From contig CAJFCJ010000009.1 of assembly GCA_904063045.1 (NCBI GenBank), positions 2,622,631 through 2,686,630 of the forward strand: a DNA stretch of 64,000 nucleotides, read 5' to 3'. The stretch is from Dimorphilus gyrociliatus (taxonomy: Eukaryota; Animalia; Annelida). Positions within the stretch are counted from its first letter, which is position 1. Each line of letters begins with the position of its first letter. The translations under genes were made by a program, and so were the position numbers. The notes under the pieces were generated by a model. The model had not been told where the DNA came from. It saw nothing but the letters and a program-made list of their open reading frames with translations, and did no database searches. This document shows positions 61,136 through 64,000 of this stretch, piece by piece.

Positions 61136-63746
61136 CTAATTCAATTTTTCCATGAACCGGTGGAACCTATATTTTAGAACGGGTAAAAATTAGTAAAGCT
61201 TTGCGAAACTAATAGGGAACTCATGCAAATAAATGACGATAGAAATTGTGTTTTCAACTGTAAATTCTAATGGAAAGTGAGGGAGAAACAGCTAAATGCA
61301 ACAAGAAGTAAAACGACGTGGGTCGATTGACGCTTTACTACACTTTCATAAACATTTATATGACAATTAGTGTTTCATACTTACAGTTTTCGAATACCAG
61401 AGTCAAAACGATCTGGATGCAATTTGTCGTCAGGCTCTCTATTTATAGGACCTTGAACTGGTAAGACTTCCTCTTCATCACTGTTTATTTATTCGATTAG
61501 GAAAATACAGTCTAGAAATTAATTTGAATAACCTCAATGGTGGGCGATACTGTAGCAATTCTTCTTCCACTTCAATTAATTTTGTCTTTAATTCGTTTCT
61601 CTCCTTCAAAAGATATTGAAAATCAATTAGATACATTTGAAAAGAATACGTAATCACGAATACAAAAATAAAAACAAAAGCAAAACCAATCCATCTTTAA
61701 AGGTAAATATGTTTATAAATAACGTATAGGTAATGTCAAAATTATGATTAAATTATATATTGCATTTCTTTCAAAATATTTCAAAAGAAAACTGTAAAGA
61801 ATGAAAGAAAGAGTTAAGGAACTTCTTTGTTACAATAAAGAACTATAGACATTTACATTTGAATGTAAGGGAAAAACTACACAAGTATGATCAAAAATAG
61901 GGACATGCCAGTGGTGATAGCCTCTTCACAACAACAATTTAAACGAACCTGGAGCACATCTCTGAGCTCATTCATAGTAAATCTCGGTCGATTTGGATCC
62001 TTCAAGTCAATTACCATTTTGCCTTCTAATGTTAATTTTTGATGCCACTGATCTATGTCTTCCAATGTCTGGCATGCAATATTTGAATAGAGCTATAGTT
62101 TACAATATAACTAGTTAGTTTTTGACGGGTCTAGACAGCAAGCATATCAGATGGAAACACTTTTTTTAAAGGCCTAATATATCAAGGAAATATATAAAGG
62201 GAAAAAAAGAATTGTTAGGAGAAAATATATGTATATCAACATATCACACCTCTGTATAGATATAATATGTTAATGAATAAATAATATATGAATTCGGATG
62301 ATATGTAAATAGATTATCTTCACATATGTGTCATACATACTGCATGAGAAATATAAATCTATACATAAATATATACTGCCTAAATATGTATAAATTTGTA
62401 AGAAGCAATTAAGCAGAACATATTATATATATATATATATTATTAATATAATTTAAATCTATAAGGGTTATCCAACAAACACTAGAGAGTCGATTAGTAA
62501 TTATAACAAAATTACTTACTGGTGAAGTTGGAGAATCTAGACTTTCCTGTTGAAGTCTATCTCTTATGACCGTTATCTGTTGCTCTTTGTCATGAAGTTG
62601 AGCCTAAACCCCGTTGACATCTTATTATAGAAAATTTATTTTAGTATAAACCTACCTACCTGCAAATCTACCTTCTCGGCGATGAGACTTTGAGCGTGTC
62701 TTTGAGTCAAAGAGTTTCTCCTCTTAAAATCCGCATTTAAGCGAGCCAATCTCTCTAACTGACCTTGCAGCTGTACAATAAAGAATGAAGAAACAAGGAA
62801 ATTTATTATATTAGACTAACCAACCGTTTCAACGTAAACATTTTTTTGTTTGACTTCTTTTTGCAAATTGCGTATTTCTTCTCGTTGCTTATCAATTATT
62901 TCAGTCATTTTTCCTAACAGTTGGTCTCCAGCATCTTTTTCATTATCCTTTGTATTTCTATTTTCCCAAGCTGCCTGACTATTTGACAACTGCTGCATTA
63001 ACTTCTTATTATCTTTTTGTAATTTTTCTACTGTTGTGACTAACTCTTTGGTTTCAGATCTCCATGATTCTTCGATTGCTTCTAATTCCTGCAATAAAAT
63101 TAACATGAACGTGATACTCTTAAATAAAAGATTGGCTATTGTTACTTAATAGCAGATAAACATGTCAGCTACATTTGTTAGAAAAAATATCCATGTCATG
63201 ACAGCTTACGATTTAAAGTGTTTCCTTAAACTCTGGTTGCCACCTTTGAGCGACGTAATTATTCTCGAAGTAACGCAGTTTATTGAGTTCCGATAAGATG
63301 TTTACCAAATAGAGTGTAAAGAATCACAATTCTTATTTACCTATAGATAACGCTCCAAAAAATATTTATTTCTAGAAAGGCATTCTAAATATAGACGGTA
63401 AACATCCTTTATCAGAACTATAGAGAATTTAAATACGACTTAAAAAAAGAACCTTTTCGTATTTAGCTCGTTCTTCAGCTTTAACAGTTTTTTCCATTTG
63501 TAACTTTTCAACAGCATATCGTAGTTCTGCCATTTGATCCTGTTCCTTTTGGTTTTGAGCAGCTAGATGTTCCAGCTGTTCGAGGACATTAATAACTTTC
63601 GGTACCAAACCGGAAAGTGGTTCCGCGCCGAACGTCTCAATAAGTCGTTCAAAATCATTTCCAATAGCGGACGCTATATCGTAGACGTCCGTTATTGTGA
63701 CGCTCTTTAGTGGCTTTTCCATAGTCGGAGACACAATGCAAGCCAT
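61136..63746 (-). CDS. RILPL1: RILP-like protein (RH1, coiled-coil and RH2 domains), about 8 exons
   Basis: RH1 reads DVYDIASAIGNDFERLI...LVPKVINVLEQLE. RH2 reads DLKDPNRPRFTMNELRDVLQ|ERNELKTKLIEVEEEL. The C-terminal part reads PVQGPINREP..DSGIRKL. The terminal acceptor is uncertain: FHRFMEKLN* ends at 61136, and an alternative FAKLY* lies near 61190. Confidence 0.88.
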
Positions 63747-64000
63747 TCGTTCGACTTTTCAAGCGTAAATCATCATCATTGATCATTCAGGAAGAGAACG
63801 CCCCATAGTGCAGTTGCATTTCCGGTAAAGTATGCCATCTGGTGATTTTATTTGAAAGGACGTGTTGATTGTGCCTAATTTGTGATTTGACATATAGTTA
63901 TGCGCGAAGCGGATGAACAATCTCTTCCAATGTCTTCGGTAATTTCAAAAAAATTGAAATCTGTTTGGGAAGCATTTATGATAAGGATAAGGATGTAAGA

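Noticed and set aside
2021-63106. Many short ORFs in the track (e.g. 2669-3031+, 21268-21651+, 29519-29821+, 43180-43443-, 54220-54737+)
   Set aside because: They are antisense or off-frame shadows of recognised coding exons, mostly mirrors of Glu/Lys-rich or Cys-rich sequence, with no independent splice or start support.
1-64000. tRNA, rRNA, snRNA genes, CRISPR arrays, intact transposons
   Set aside because: I saw no T-loop/cloverleaf, no U1/U2/U6 or rRNA signature, no repeat-spacer array, and no intact transposase/RT ORF or TIR pair by eye. A tRNAscan or Infernal run would be needed to exclude them formally.

Overview
AT-rich, gene-dense eukaryotic DNA with very short GT-AG introns (mostly about 45-70 nt); there are no prokaryotic features. 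The gene content (innexin, four-domain CCN, metazoan USP, MEGF-type receptor PTP, tektin) points to a non-ecdysozoan invertebrate with a compact genome. A miniature annelid such as Dimorphilus is plausible, but this is inference only. Exons were assembled by hand. In order the genes are: ACP7-like purple acid phosphatase (-), EGF-repeat receptor PTP (-), C1orf50 (-), innexin (-), PEN-2 (+), COX5A (+), CCN (-), a ~2,400-aa EF-hand/coiled-coil protein (-), TEKT4 (+), an EGF/TSP1 membrane protein (-), RPL27A (+), USP (-), QSOX (-), AK9 (-), NTMT1 (+), fumarase (-, with a 1-nt frameshift) and RILPL1 (-). Two small spliced genes are not recovered intact by the ORF track. The first is a 68-aa secreted, dibasic-site, single-disulfide peptide precursor nested antisense in the one long intron of C1orf50, behind paired octamer sites and a TATA box; it is the best novelty candidate. 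The second is an 80-aa protein ending in a CCIIL CaaX box. Other notable points: the receptor PTP retains only a D2-like pseudophosphatase domain, the CCN has a propeptide-like N-terminal extension, and the palindrome TAGGCCTA recurs in long introns. All product calls come from motif recognition, not from database searches.
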